Source: a virus (taxonomy: Duplodnaviria > Heunggongvirae > Uroviricota > Caudoviricetes). From it: a DNA stretch of 17,229 nucleotides. This document shows, in pieces, positions 7,846 to 15,554 of this stretch. Below the pieces are notes generated by a model. It was not told the DNA's origin, did not search any database, and saw only the letters and a list, made by a program, of their open reading frames with translations. The stretch lies in the IMG/VR virus record IMGVR_UViG_2751185970_000003. The stretch is one strand, 5' to 3'. Each line of letters begins with the position of its first letter. Within the stretch, counting starts at the first letter, position 1. The position numbers and the translations under genes were made by a program.

Positions 7846-8234
7846 GCCGGATAGGCTCCGTGTGGTAACTGAAAATGCGGTCCGTCTTTCAGGGTCTTCC
7901 AGTCGCCGCCCCATTCCACCGGAATATTCAGTTCCCGGCTGGCCTGTCTGAATGCTGCTGCGATTTTTTCGTACAGCGGCCATTCCCATGACATCTGGCT
8001 GCCGATATAAGCCACAACATCCACGGCATGCCCCGTAAGGTGGCGGCTGTTCATGGTCTGGCTCTTACCCGTGGCCACCAGTTGCTTCTGGCGGTAACGG
8101 CTGCGCAACCCTTCGGTGATACCAAAATCCACTTCCGAGATTTCCAGTGCCCGTCGGGTCACTTTCACCAGATCAGGATTTACACCCTGCAAATTCTTTT
8201 CGCTCCGGCTGCTGAATTTAAATGTGTTGCTCAT
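7842..8234 (-). CDS. Endolysin, peptidase M15 / L-alanyl-D-glutamate peptidase type
   Basis: 130 aa with the zinc-peptidase signature SRHLTGHAVDV and a downstream DGPHFQ, placed between holin and spanins. This is not the lysozyme-type P2 gpK. Confidence 0.75.
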   Translation of the reverse strand: MSNTFKFSSRSEKNLQGVNPDLVKVTRRALEISEVDFGITEGLRSRYRQKQLVATGKSQTMNSRHLTGHAVDVVAYIGSQMSWEWPLYEKIAAAFRQASRELNIPVEWGGDWKTLKDGPHFQLPHGAYPA

Positions 8235-8554
8235 TCGTCCTTCTCCTTCACCCTGCGATTAAAGGCCGCAATAACCTTGTCGCGTGCTTTCTCTGCACCC
8301 ATAAAACCGATTGATGCGCCGATAAACGTCACGGCATCTTCAGGAAACCCGAAGAAGCGCAACGACCCGGCCACGGCCATGGCAAGAACGCCGCACGCCA
8401 GCGATCCCGTTACGGTCTGAACCAGTGTTCGTCCGTCATAAAGGCTCATCAGCGCGGAAATGCTGACCGCCGCGCCTACTGCATACACCGTTGGCAGGTG
8501 GTCAAAGAGCCACGCAATAACCTGCTCTGTGATCCCTGTTTGAATGGTGCTCAC
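8231..8554 (-). CDS. Holin (three predicted transmembrane segments, charged C-terminus)
   Basis: About 107 aa from the GTG at 8554, with a GGGGGAG ribosome-binding site 6 nt upstream. Hydrophobic segments TVYAVGAAVSISALMSL, VTGSLACGVLAMAVAGSL and AVTFIGASIGFMGA are followed by a KR-rich tail. It sits immediately upstream of the endolysin with an ATGA overlap. Confidence 0.7.
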   Translation of the reverse strand: MSTIQTGITEQVIAWLFDHLPTVYAVGAAVSISALMSLYDGRTLVQTVTGSLACGVLAMAVAGSLRFFGFPEDAVTFIGASIGFMGAEKARDKVIAAFNRRVKEKDE

Positions 8555-8556
8555 TG

Positions 8557-8757
8557 CTACTCCCCCCACAACTGAATCATTTCTCGTTTCTTCTTCTCCG
8601 GCTCCGGCATCTCCACTTCCTGCCCGGCGTCCAGAAATACCTGCTGACAGAGTCCGGGGTTGGCATCCAGCACCTTTTCGGTGACGCCCTGCGTCGTGCC
8701 GTAGTACCGGAAACAGAGCGAATCCACGGTGTCGCCTTCCAGTGCCTTCACTTTCAT
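8557..8757 (-). CDS. X: Tail protein gpX
   Basis: 66 aa from the ATG at 8757 (MKVKALEGDTVDSLCFRYYGTTQGVTEKVLDANPGL...LWGE), resembling P2 gpX (MKTFALQGDTLDAICVRYYG...). It overlaps the L stop by 1 nt (TGATG). Confidence 0.88.
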   Translation of the reverse strand: MKVKALEGDTVDSLCFRYYGTTQGVTEKVLDANPGLCQQVFLDAGQEVEMPEPEKKKREMIQLWGE

Positions 8758-9251
8758 CAGCACAACTCCGCAAAGATTCGCGGGCGGCACAGAATGTCAG
8801 AGATGGCCCAGCTCACATCACGCCACAAATCCGATGTCTGTATATCCAGAGCGTCTGCCCGGCGGTCGCCCTTGTCCGTAGTGTCTGCATCACGATAACG
8901 CTCCAGAATCAGGGCGCGCGTGGCGGTATAAACAGCATTGCGCCAGTGCCAGAGATTGACGCTTTCTCCGTTAATTACGGGTGCCGGAACATCGGCCAGC
9001 GTCTGATGGCCAGCTGCCTGCTGTTCCTGCTGCCATGCTTCCAGCTCGCGGGTAACGTGTGCCACAGCCCCGGTGGCAGTATGCAGCAGGCGGGAGGTGG
9101 TCACGCGCCCCGGCAGTCGTACCGCCAGACGCAGCTCGCGCAGCACAATATCCGGCCAGAATGCACCCGCTGAAATGCGGGTATCGCCATCATCGGTATC
9201 GGTGATGTCGTCCTCTGCGGGTCCGGGTTCAGTTCTGGCAACTATAGTCAT
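8757..9251 (-). CDS. L: Head completion / stabilisation protein gpL
   Basis: 164 aa from the ATG at 9251, with an AGGAG ribosome-binding site 9 nt upstream. Its position between M and X and its size fit P2 gpL. Confidence 0.8.
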   Translation of the reverse strand: MTIVARTEPGPAEDDITDTDDGDTRISAGAFWPDIVLRELRLAVRLPGRVTTSRLLHTATGAVAHVTRELEAWQQEQQAAGHQTLADVPAPVINGESVNLWHWRNAVYTATRALILERYRDADTTDKGDRRADALDIQTSDLWRDVSWAISDILCRPRIFAELC

Positions 9252-9354
9252 GGGGTTCACTCCTGAAAAAAAATCGGGCGGTGGGTGCGCGGTGTAAACG
9301 GTCACGGAGTCAAACTGGAACACCGCGCACGCCGCCCGCTGACGGGGTCAGTCG

Positions 9355-10155
9355 TTAACCGCGCTTCGCCTTCTGCGTCGCGGTGGTTTTTCGTGTTGCA
9401 GGCTTCCGCGTTGTCTTTTTACTTTTGCTGCTTTCGTCCTGCGCCTGCTGTGCGCTGGCGTCTTCTGGTTCGGCTGCGGAATCGGCTTTTTTCAGGGCGC
9501 GGGAAAGGGTTGCAATCTCGCGTTTCACACCTGCGTTCGGGTTCAGGTGCATTGCTTCGCGCAGCAGCTTCAGTGACAGGGCCATGCTGTCCGCATCACT
9601 CAGGCCACGGCGGGCAAAGGCGCACGCTTTGCATAATTTGGCGCGCACTTCGTCCGGCATGTCCTGGTCGGTGACAATCTCCCGGAGGGTGTCCAGTGGT
9701 TCGATAAAGGCGGACAAATCCGCGTCGGCATCCGTCCCGGCCTGCGTCAGTACCGGATTACAGATTTCTTCGGTCAGTACCGTGGCAGCAGTACGGCCAA
9801 AGTTATCCGGCATGATGAGGTTGTGACGGACTACATACGCGCCGATACGCAGCGCAAGCGGAAGATCGCCACAGTCAATCGCCCACACCATCAGCGTGGC
9901 AATCACTTCATCCTGCTGCCCGCCGTCAGCCTCCAGCGTTCCCTCAATCCAGCCGGAAAAATCCGGCAACAACTCTTTTTTGATGGCGGCTTTCGCGCTT
10001 CTGGCCTGTACGCCCTTAAGCCGGGCCTGTGCCAGACGCAGACGATACAGCACCTCTTCATGCGCGGTACGCGCGGCGTGGTCCACGCCTTCATTCGCCC
10101 GGCCTGCGCGCTGTGCCATCACGTTCTGCCAGTGTTGTTGTGCAGGAGTAATCAT
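9355..10155 (-). CDS. M: Terminase endonuclease (small) subunit gpM
   Basis: 266 aa, with a GGAGAG ribosome-binding site upstream of the ATG at 10155. Its position after the capsid gene and its basic C-terminal tail (KKTTRKPATRKTTATQKAKRG) fit P2 gpM. Confidence 0.85.
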   Translation of the reverse strand: MITPAQQHWQNVMAQRAGRANEGVDHAARTAHEEVLYRLRLAQARLKGVQARSAKAAIKKELLPDFSGWIEGTLEADGGQQDEVIATLMVWAIDCGDLPLALRIGAYVVRHNLIMPDNFGRTAATVLTEEICNPVLTQAGTDADADLSAFIEPLDTLREIVTDQDMPDEVRAKLCKACAFARRGLSDADSMALSLKLLREAMHLNPNAGVKREIATLSRALKKADSAAEPEDASAQQAQDESSKSKKTTRKPATRKTTATQKAKRG

Positions 10156-10172
10156 TTTTGCTCTCCGTTACA

Positions 10173-10191
10173 GGCGGGCATGATGCCCGCC
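10173..10191 (-). other. Perfect 19-bp palindrome / stem-loop between capsid gene N and terminase gene M
   Basis: GGCGGGCAT-g-ATGCCCGCC has 9-bp arms. It lies between the N stop (10201) and the M ribosome-binding site and is a candidate attenuator, RNA processing or stability element. Confidence 0.5.
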
Positions 10192-10200
10192 GTGAGTTGA

Positions 10201-11252
10201 TTAGCTGTCGGCGAACTTCAGGCCAGTAACCATCGCGCACTTGCCATAGTCTTCAACGACATAAGCGTCATTGATGGACTGGTAGGTGGCGATGCGGTTG
10301 TATTCCGGCTCGTCTTTCATCAGGCGACGCATTGAACCTTTCTGCCAGTAAATCGACAGGTTGTTGAACGAGGTGATCAGCATCGTTGCATCCGGGAAGA
10401 ACGGCGCAAGGAACACGCCCAGCCCGCCAATGGTGCGCGATGACAGGATGAGCTGCCCGGCGAGTAATTCCGCATTGGGATTCTGGCCGCTGATGCTGTT
10501 CAGCACGGGCAGACGCAGCGAGTTAAACAGGTTGCGCCCCATAATCACCACGAGGTCGTCAGCTTCCTTGTGCCATTCATCCAGCAGGGATGAACGCGCG
10601 TCCTGTACCAGTGCATCAGCGTTCGCATACTTACCCGCGTGCGCCACGGTGTTGTCCATGTTGCGGGAGGTCAGCGTCACGTCATTCATAACGCGTTCGC
10701 TGGCGTCGGTTCTGATGTGCTCCAGCCAGCCCACGTTAACGTCCTGAAGCAGCTTGTTGGTGCTGAAGTTGGACTCATCCGCGTGAGACGTGCCGTTGAA
10801 ACCGATCATGATGCGGTCAAGCGCCACCTGTCGGGCAATCTGTGCGCTGATGCGGGACTGAAAATCAGGGTGTGCCGACCAGGCATCAAGCTGCGGATAC
10901 GAAATAAACGTGTCGTAGTTCACCTGTTCACACTGATATTTGCGGTTTTTCAGATCAACCACGTTATTCGGGTTACGGCGTTTTGTGCCGTCATAACTGG
11001 TATTCGTGCGCGCAATCGGTCCTGTGGTATCCAGGAGGATTTTTTCGCCTTTCTGGTCGGTCACGCCGATCACGTTATTTTTTTCGTAAATTCGGTACTT
11101 TCCTTTGAGGCGTTTTCAAAACGCTGCTGCACCGCGGGTTCCACGGTAAATCGCGACACCAGTGCAGATACCGGGATATTATTAAGCGACACCTGCTGCG
11201 CCATATAGCAACCCAGCTTGTTGCGGGTAATATCTGACATCACCAGATTCAT
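10201..11252 (-). pseudogene. N: Major capsid protein gpN, interrupted by a 1-bp frameshift in a homopolymer (T7 at 11078..11084)
   Basis: The ATG at 11252 has an AAGGAG ribosome-binding site 9 nt upstream. The first 60 codons (...FTVEPAVQQRFENASKESTEFTKK) end at a stop at 11070; the rest (...NVIGVTDQKGEKILLDTTG...NLSIYWQKG...YVVEDYGKCAMV) is in the -1 frame. One extra T/A in the run would give a continuous ~350-aa P2 gpN-like protein. Confidence 0.75.
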
Positions 11253-11275
11253 AAAAAATTTGCTCCTTTGTCTAA

Positions 11276-12112
11276 TCAGAAGTCGGCCAGCTGGTCGGAG
11301 GCTGCGCCCGTTGCGGTGAAGCGGTTCTGCGGATCGCCGTCCTGCGTGCGCAGTTTTTCCTTCAGTGCTGCCAGCTCTGTGGTCAGTGACGTAATTTTCT
11401 GGCGGTCCTGCTGATGGCGGGTTTCCAGCACATTAAAACGGTCGATAATGTCGGCCTGTGACGTTGCGACGCCTTCCACCGCTTCCTGAATACGGGAAAA
11501 ACTGGCGTCATCCGCTTTGCGGCCACGGCCAATAATCCCCATTACGCGGTTAAACCACTGGGTGCCTTCTTCCTGGCGTTGTTCTGCCATTTCGATGATT
11601 TCAGACTCGATGGCTTCGGAGATAAGCGGCGCTTCACCCTGGATACTGTTAAACGTCATCACCGCCTGACGTTGCTGTGCCGTGAATTTCAGGCGCTCAG
11701 TGCCCAGGCTTGCCGGGGTGTCGGTCATCGCCAGCCCGACCAGATAGGCGCGCCCGTTAACGGAGAACTGCGGGTGCAGTTCGATACTGGAATAGATTTT
11801 CTTGCCGTCCGCAACAAGCTGCTTCATGCGCTCGGTCGGTTCGATTTCTGCATACAGCGCAGTACGTCCGGCCAGCGGACCTTCCGTAATCTCTTCCGTA
11901 CTCAGTGCGGTGACATCGCCCATTGCGGAAAATTCGCTTGACGGGCATGGCGAGAGATAGTGCTCAACGTTCACGCGGGCAGCGTAAACATCCGGGTTGA
12001 AGTTCTCGGCGGCTTCACGCAGATGCACCGGACTGATTTCACGGCCATCAACAGTTGATCCGGAGACAGCCACGCGAAACTTTTTGCGGGATGTCTTTTT
12101 TTCATTAGCCAT
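11276..12112 (-). CDS. O: Capsid scaffolding protein gpO
   Basis: 278 aa from the ATG at 12112 (MANEKKTSRKKFRVAVSGSTVDGREISPVHL...YLVGLAMTDTPASLGTE...), resembling P2 gpO (FRIGVEGDTCDGRVIS..., CYLVGLAVTDDPASLGTE). The ORF-track start at 12145 is an upstream extension. Confidence 0.88.
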   Translation of the reverse strand: MANEKKTSRKKFRVAVSGSTVDGREISPVHLREAAENFNPDVYAARVNVEHYLSPCPSSEFSAMGDVTALSTEEITEGPLAGRTALYAEIEPTERMKQLVADGKKIYSSIELHPQFSVNGRAYLVGLAMTDTPASLGTERLKFTAQQRQAVMTFNSIQGEAPLISEAIESEIIEMAEQRQEEGTQWFNRVMGIIGRGRKADDASFSRIQEAVEGVATSQADIIDRFNVLETRHQQDRQKITSLTTELAALKEKLRTQDGDPQNRFTATGAASDQLADF

Positions 12113-12266
12113 AGTTTTTGCCCCTCTGACTGGTTCTTCAGTCATGATGGCAAAGCGTAACAGGCTGATACAAAGGGCTTTTGTTGTAAGAAAACGGCCA
12201 GAACAGAGGGTTAAGGAGAACAGTTTCGCGCGCGGGTAATCTTCCTGTAATTACTCAGGGGGAGCA
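12113..12266. promoter_or_regulatory. Divergent O / P intergenic region; expected site of the late promoters for the O-operon (minus) and P-Q operon (plus)
   Basis: A 154-bp non-coding gap between divergently transcribed O and P, with ribosome-binding sites at both ends. This is the same arrangement as in P2. I could not find a clean TGT-N12-ACA activator box. Confidence 0.4.
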
Positions 12267-14018
12267 ATGATTCAGGACGCTTTTGTGCGCCAGCGTGCGC
12301 GGCAACTTTACTGGCAGGGTTATCCGCCCGCAGAAATATCACGTCTGATGGGAATAAACCCGAACACGATTTATGCGTGGAAAAAACGTGACCAGTGGGA
12401 TGAAACGCCACCCGGGCAGCGTGTCACGCAGTCCATCGATGCGCGCCTCATCCAGCTTACTGAAAAACAGAATAAAACAGGCGGTGACTTTAAGGAAATA
12501 GACCTGCTGACCCGGCAGCTTAAAAAGCTGCATGATGGCCAGCCGGATGTGATGGCCGCAGGAAAGAAAGGCCGGGCGAAAAAACTCAAAAATCATTTCA
12601 CGCCGGAACAGATTGCCGCACTGCGGGAAAAAATCATCAGCAGGCTGGAGTGGCATCAGCGGGGCTGGTTTGACTCCCTGACCCTTTGCAGGGAAGCCGG
12701 GATACGTAACAGGATGATCCTGAAATCCCGACAGATTGGGGCGACCTGGTATTTTGCACAGGAAGCACTGCTGATGGCGCTGCGTGACGATGTGGCGCAA
12801 CCTTACCAGCGTAACCAGATTTTTTTGTCTGCGTCGCGTCGTCAGGCGTTCCAGTTTAAAAGCATTATTCAGAAGGCCGCGGCTGAAGTTGATGTGGAGC
12901 TGAAAGGGGGCGATAAAATCATCCTCTCCAACGGCGCAGAGCTGCATTTTCTCGGCACTTCTGCTGCGTCGGCACAGTCCTATACGGGCAATTTTTATTT
13001 TGATGAATTTTTCTGGGTCAGTCGCTTTGCTGAACTGCGCAAGGTGGCTGGCGCTATGGCAACCCTCAGCGGACTGCGGCGCACCTACTTCTCCACGCCA
13101 TCCACCGAAACGCACGAGGCATACGCCTACTGGAACGGCGACCGCTGGAACGAGAAAAAGGCCTCGCATAAACGCCAGCGTTTTTCTGTGGACTGGAAAA
13201 CGCTGCATAACGGGCTTATCTGCCCTGACCGGACGTGGCGGCAAATTGTCACGCTGGAAGATGTGGTTAATCACGGCTGGAAACACACCGATATCGACGA
13301 AATTCGTGATGAAAACACCGAAGACGAGTTCCTCAATCTCTATATGTGTGAGTTTGTCCGCGAAGGGGAATCGGCATTTAACCTGAATATCCTGATTGGC
13401 TGCGGCGTTGACGGATACGACGACTGGAAAGACTGGAAACCTTTTGCTCCCCGCCCGATGGGGAATCGTCCGGTATGGATTGGGTATGACGCAAACGGCA
13501 GCAGTGGCAACGGCGACAGCGGCGCTGTGTCCGTGGTGGTTCCTCCGTCTGTTCCTGGTGGCCGTTTTCGAACGGTGGAGACGCGACGCGTTCAGGGGCT
13601 GGAGTTTGAAGAACAGGCCAGAGTCATTGAAGAGTTCACGTGTCGCTACAACGTGGAACACATCGGCATTGATGTGACGGGCGGGAACGGGGAGGCTGTT
13701 TATCAGATAGTGAAACGGTTTTTCCCTGCCGCTATTCCGTACACCTTCACGCTGTCATCAAAACGGTCGCTGGTACTGAAAATGCTGCAAATAATGCGTG
13801 CCGGGCGGTGGGAATACGATCGCGCCGAACGCGAGCTGGTCGCGGCCTTTAACGCCGTGCGTAAGGTGAAAACACCGGGCGGCTTTATCACTTACGAAAC
13901 GGACCGAGCGAGGGGGATCAGCCACGGCGACCTTGCGTGGGCAACCATGCTTGCTGTCATTAACGAACCGATTGGCGGCGAAGGAGAAAACGAGCGTTTC
14001 ACGGTTATGGAGTTCTGA
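12267..14018 (+). CDS. P: Terminase large subunit (ATPase) gpP
   Basis: 583 aa, with a GGGGGAG ribosome-binding site. The N-terminal MIQDAFVRQRARQLYWQGY...ISRLMGINPNTIYAWKKRDQW region and the overall size match P2 gpP. It overlaps the Q start by 1 nt (TGATG). Confidence 0.93.
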   Translation: MIQDAFVRQRARQLYWQGYPPAEISRLMGINPNTIYAWKKRDQWDETPPGQRVTQSIDARLIQLTEKQNKTGGDFKEIDLLTRQLKKLHDGQPDVMAAGKKGRAKKLKNHFTPEQIAALREKIISRLEWHQRGWFDSLTLCREAGIRNRMILKSRQIGATWYFAQEALLMALRDDVAQPYQRNQIFLSASRRQAFQFKSIIQKAAAEVDVELKGGDKIILSNGAELHFLGTSAASAQSYTGNFYFDEFFWVSRFAELRKVAGAMATLSGLRRTYFSTPSTETHEAYAYWNGDRWNEKKASHKRQRFSVDWKTLHNGLICPDRTWRQIVTLEDVVNHGWKHTDIDEIRDENTEDEFLNLYMCEFVREGESAFNLNILIGCGVDGYDDWKDWKPFAPRPMGNRPVWIGYDANGSSGNGDSGAVSVVVPPSVPGGRFRTVETRRVQGLEFEEQARVIEEFTCRYNVEHIGIDVTGGNGEAVYQIVKRFFPAAIPYTFTLSSKRSLVLKMLQIMRAGRWEYDRAERELVAAFNAVRKVKTPGGFITYETDRARGISHGDLAWATMLAVINEPIGGEGENERFTVMEF

Positions 14019-15064
14019 TGAGCAGAAAAAATAAAAAAGTGCGCATGAGTTCACGCATTGATCTCGCTGATGCGCTCAGGAAAGAATCATCGCTCAGTGC
14101 ATTCACATTTGATGGTCCTTATCGCCTGACCGGGCATGACCTGCTGGACAATATGTACTGTGCTGATAACGGGCGGTGGTATGAAACCCCGGTGGACTGG
14201 TACGGTCTGGCAAGAGCTGCCCGGCAAACGTCCTGGCATCAGTCTGCGCTTTATTTTAAGCGCAATGTATTGCTCGGTTGCTACATCCCGCACCCGCTGC
14301 TTTCCCGGCAGGATTTCTCGGCGCTGGCGCTGGACTGGTTTGTGTTCGGTAACGCATTCCTTGAGCTTCGAAGCAATATGCTCGGCGAACCGCTTAAATT
14401 ACGGCACGCCCTGGCGAAATACATGCGACGCGGAAGCGATCTTGAATCATGGAGGTATGTGCAGGATGGCAAGGATGCGTTTCAGTTTCGCCCAGGCAAA
14501 GTGTGTCACCTGATGAATCCTGACATTAACCAGGAAATCTACGGCATGCCGGAATATCTCGGCGCATTACTCTCGGCCAGCCTGTCTCATTCGGCGGACA
14601 TGTTCAGAAAACTGTATTACGACAACGGATCCCACGCCGGGTGCATCATCTACATCGGTGCCGCGCAGGTAAACCGCGAAAGCATGGACTCCCTGAAAGA
14701 AACGCTACAGGGTGCGCGTGGTGGTGGTGCGTTTAAAAACGTGCTCATTCATGCGCCCAACGGGGGCAAAGAGGGGGTGCAAATTTTGCCGTTCCAGCAG
14801 ATCACCGCAAAGGATGAGTTCATGAATGTTAAGGCGGCATCCCGTGATGATGTGCTGGCTGCGCACCGCGTTCCGCCGCAACTGATGGGGGCGATGCCGG
14901 GTGAAAAAAGTGCGTTTGGTGATGTGGAGAAGGCCGCGCGGGTTTACGCAATTAACGAGCTGATGCCCGTCATGGAGGCCATGAAGCACATCAATGACTG
15001 GCTTGGCGAAGAGGTGATCCGCTTTAACCCTTACGCACTGTTAGACATCCAGCCCACATCCTGA
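14018..15064 (+). CDS. Q: Portal (capsid vertex) protein gpQ
   Basis: 348 aa, MSRKNKKVRMSSRIDLADALRKES...; the size and position downstream of P fit P2 gpQ. Confidence 0.92.
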   Translation: MSRKNKKVRMSSRIDLADALRKESSLSAFTFDGPYRLTGHDLLDNMYCADNGRWYETPVDWYGLARAARQTSWHQSALYFKRNVLLGCYIPHPLLSRQDFSALALDWFVFGNAFLELRSNMLGEPLKLRHALAKYMRRGSDLESWRYVQDGKDAFQFRPGKVCHLMNPDINQEIYGMPEYLGALLSASLSHSADMFRKLYYDNGSHAGCIIYIGAAQVNRESMDSLKETLQGARGGGAFKNVLIHAPNGGKEGVQILPFQQITAKDEFMNVKAASRDDVLAAHRVPPQLMGAMPGEKSAFGDVEKAARVYAINELMPVMEAMKHINDWLGEEVIRFNPYALLDIQPTS

Positions 15065-15091
15065 CGCGCTTCGCTTGTCTGCTGCTTCGCC

Positions 15092-15114
15092 GGGGCATAA
15101 AAAATTTATGCCCC
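15092..15114 (+). terminator. Hairpin immediately downstream of Q
   Basis: GGGGCATAAA-aaa-TTTATGCCCC has a 10-bp stem and begins 28 nt after the Q stop. There is no strong U-tract, so it may act as an RNA stability element or weak terminator. Confidence 0.45.
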
Positions 15115-15283
15115 GACTCTCCAGCTCCTGTATCAGTCAGATAATTTCACGACGCCTTCCAGTTTATCGCCACCATCGACGGTCAGACTCTTACGCAATC
15201 CCACCGCGTTGACTGCATGTTCTCGCCGCCTCAGTGCGATTTTGACGGCCTTACCTTTCACCCCATCAAATCAGAATCCCTCA

Positions 15284-15314
15284 CGTATTTTTCACGCTCA
15301 GCGTGAGAAATACG
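15284..15314. other. 31-bp near-perfect palindrome in the cos-proximal non-coding region
   Basis: CGTATTTTTCACGCT-c-AGCGTGAGAAATACG has 15-bp arms with a single mismatch; it is a candidate protein-binding or packaging element. Confidence 0.6.
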
Positions 15315-15393
15315 GCCATTCTGTCGTGTCGCTGCGACATCGTTAAGGGAACGCTATTTACCCCCTGAAACGCGGGCTGTTCCCCCGTCACCT

Positions 15394-15418
15394 GCGCGCA
15401 GAAAAAGCGCGTTTTTTT
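15394..15418 (+). terminator. Rho-independent terminator (plus strand)
   Basis: GCGCGC-agaaaaa-GCGCG followed by TTTTTTT at 15412..15418. Confidence 0.6.
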
Positions 15419-15488
15419 GTGCACGCACGGATCCTTGACGGATCCAGCCGCCACGCGGGCTGGAAGGGCAAAAATTCGTTCAAAAAAA

Positions 15489-15515
15489 TTGTGCAAATTT
15501 GTGCACTATTGTGCA
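15489..15515. repeat. Three direct TTGTGCA repeats with exact 10-bp phasing
   Basis: aTTGTGCAaa tTTGTGCAct aTTGTGCAgc at 15489, 15499 and 15509, preceded by an A-tract. The one-helical-turn spacing suggests an array of protein-binding sites. Confidence 0.6.
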
Positions 15516-15517
15516 GC

Positions 15518-15541
15518 AGGGCGATGTGCGATTATCGCCCT
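15518..15541 (-). terminator. Stem-loop 14 nt downstream of the Ea22-like gene stop (possible terminator)
   Basis: AGGGCGAT-gtgcgatt-ATCGCCCT has an 8-bp stem. No immediate U-tract follows on the minus strand. Confidence 0.3.
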
Positions 15542-15554
15542 GGTTTGAGGGGGA

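Noticed and set aside
10201-11252. Programmed ribosomal frameshifting as the explanation for the split capsid gene (and likewise for J).
   Set aside because: Programmed frameshifts in P2-like phages are known for the tail chaperone pair (E/E'), not for capsid or baseplate genes. Here the shift simply restores a single conserved protein, which is what an indel or a homopolymer sequencing error would produce.
12113-12266. Ogr-type TGT-N12-ACA activator boxes for the P2 late promoters.
   Set aside because: I found TGT and ACA triplets in the O/P intergenic region but none with the 12-bp spacing, so no specific box is called. Only the region is annotated as a putative divergent promoter.
12339-13661. 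A 440-aa ORF on the minus strand.
   Set aside because: It is entirely antisense to the terminase ATPase gene P, whose translation has clear P2 gpP similarity. The product is low-complexity and Arg/Pro-rich with no recognisable domain, typical of spurious antisense ORFs in GC-rich coding DNA.
15281-15496. A 71-aa minus-strand ORF in the Q-downstream gap.
   Set aside because: It spans the 31-bp palindrome and the intrinsic terminator, has no ribosome-binding site, and its translation is featureless. The region is better explained as non-coding cos and regulatory DNA.
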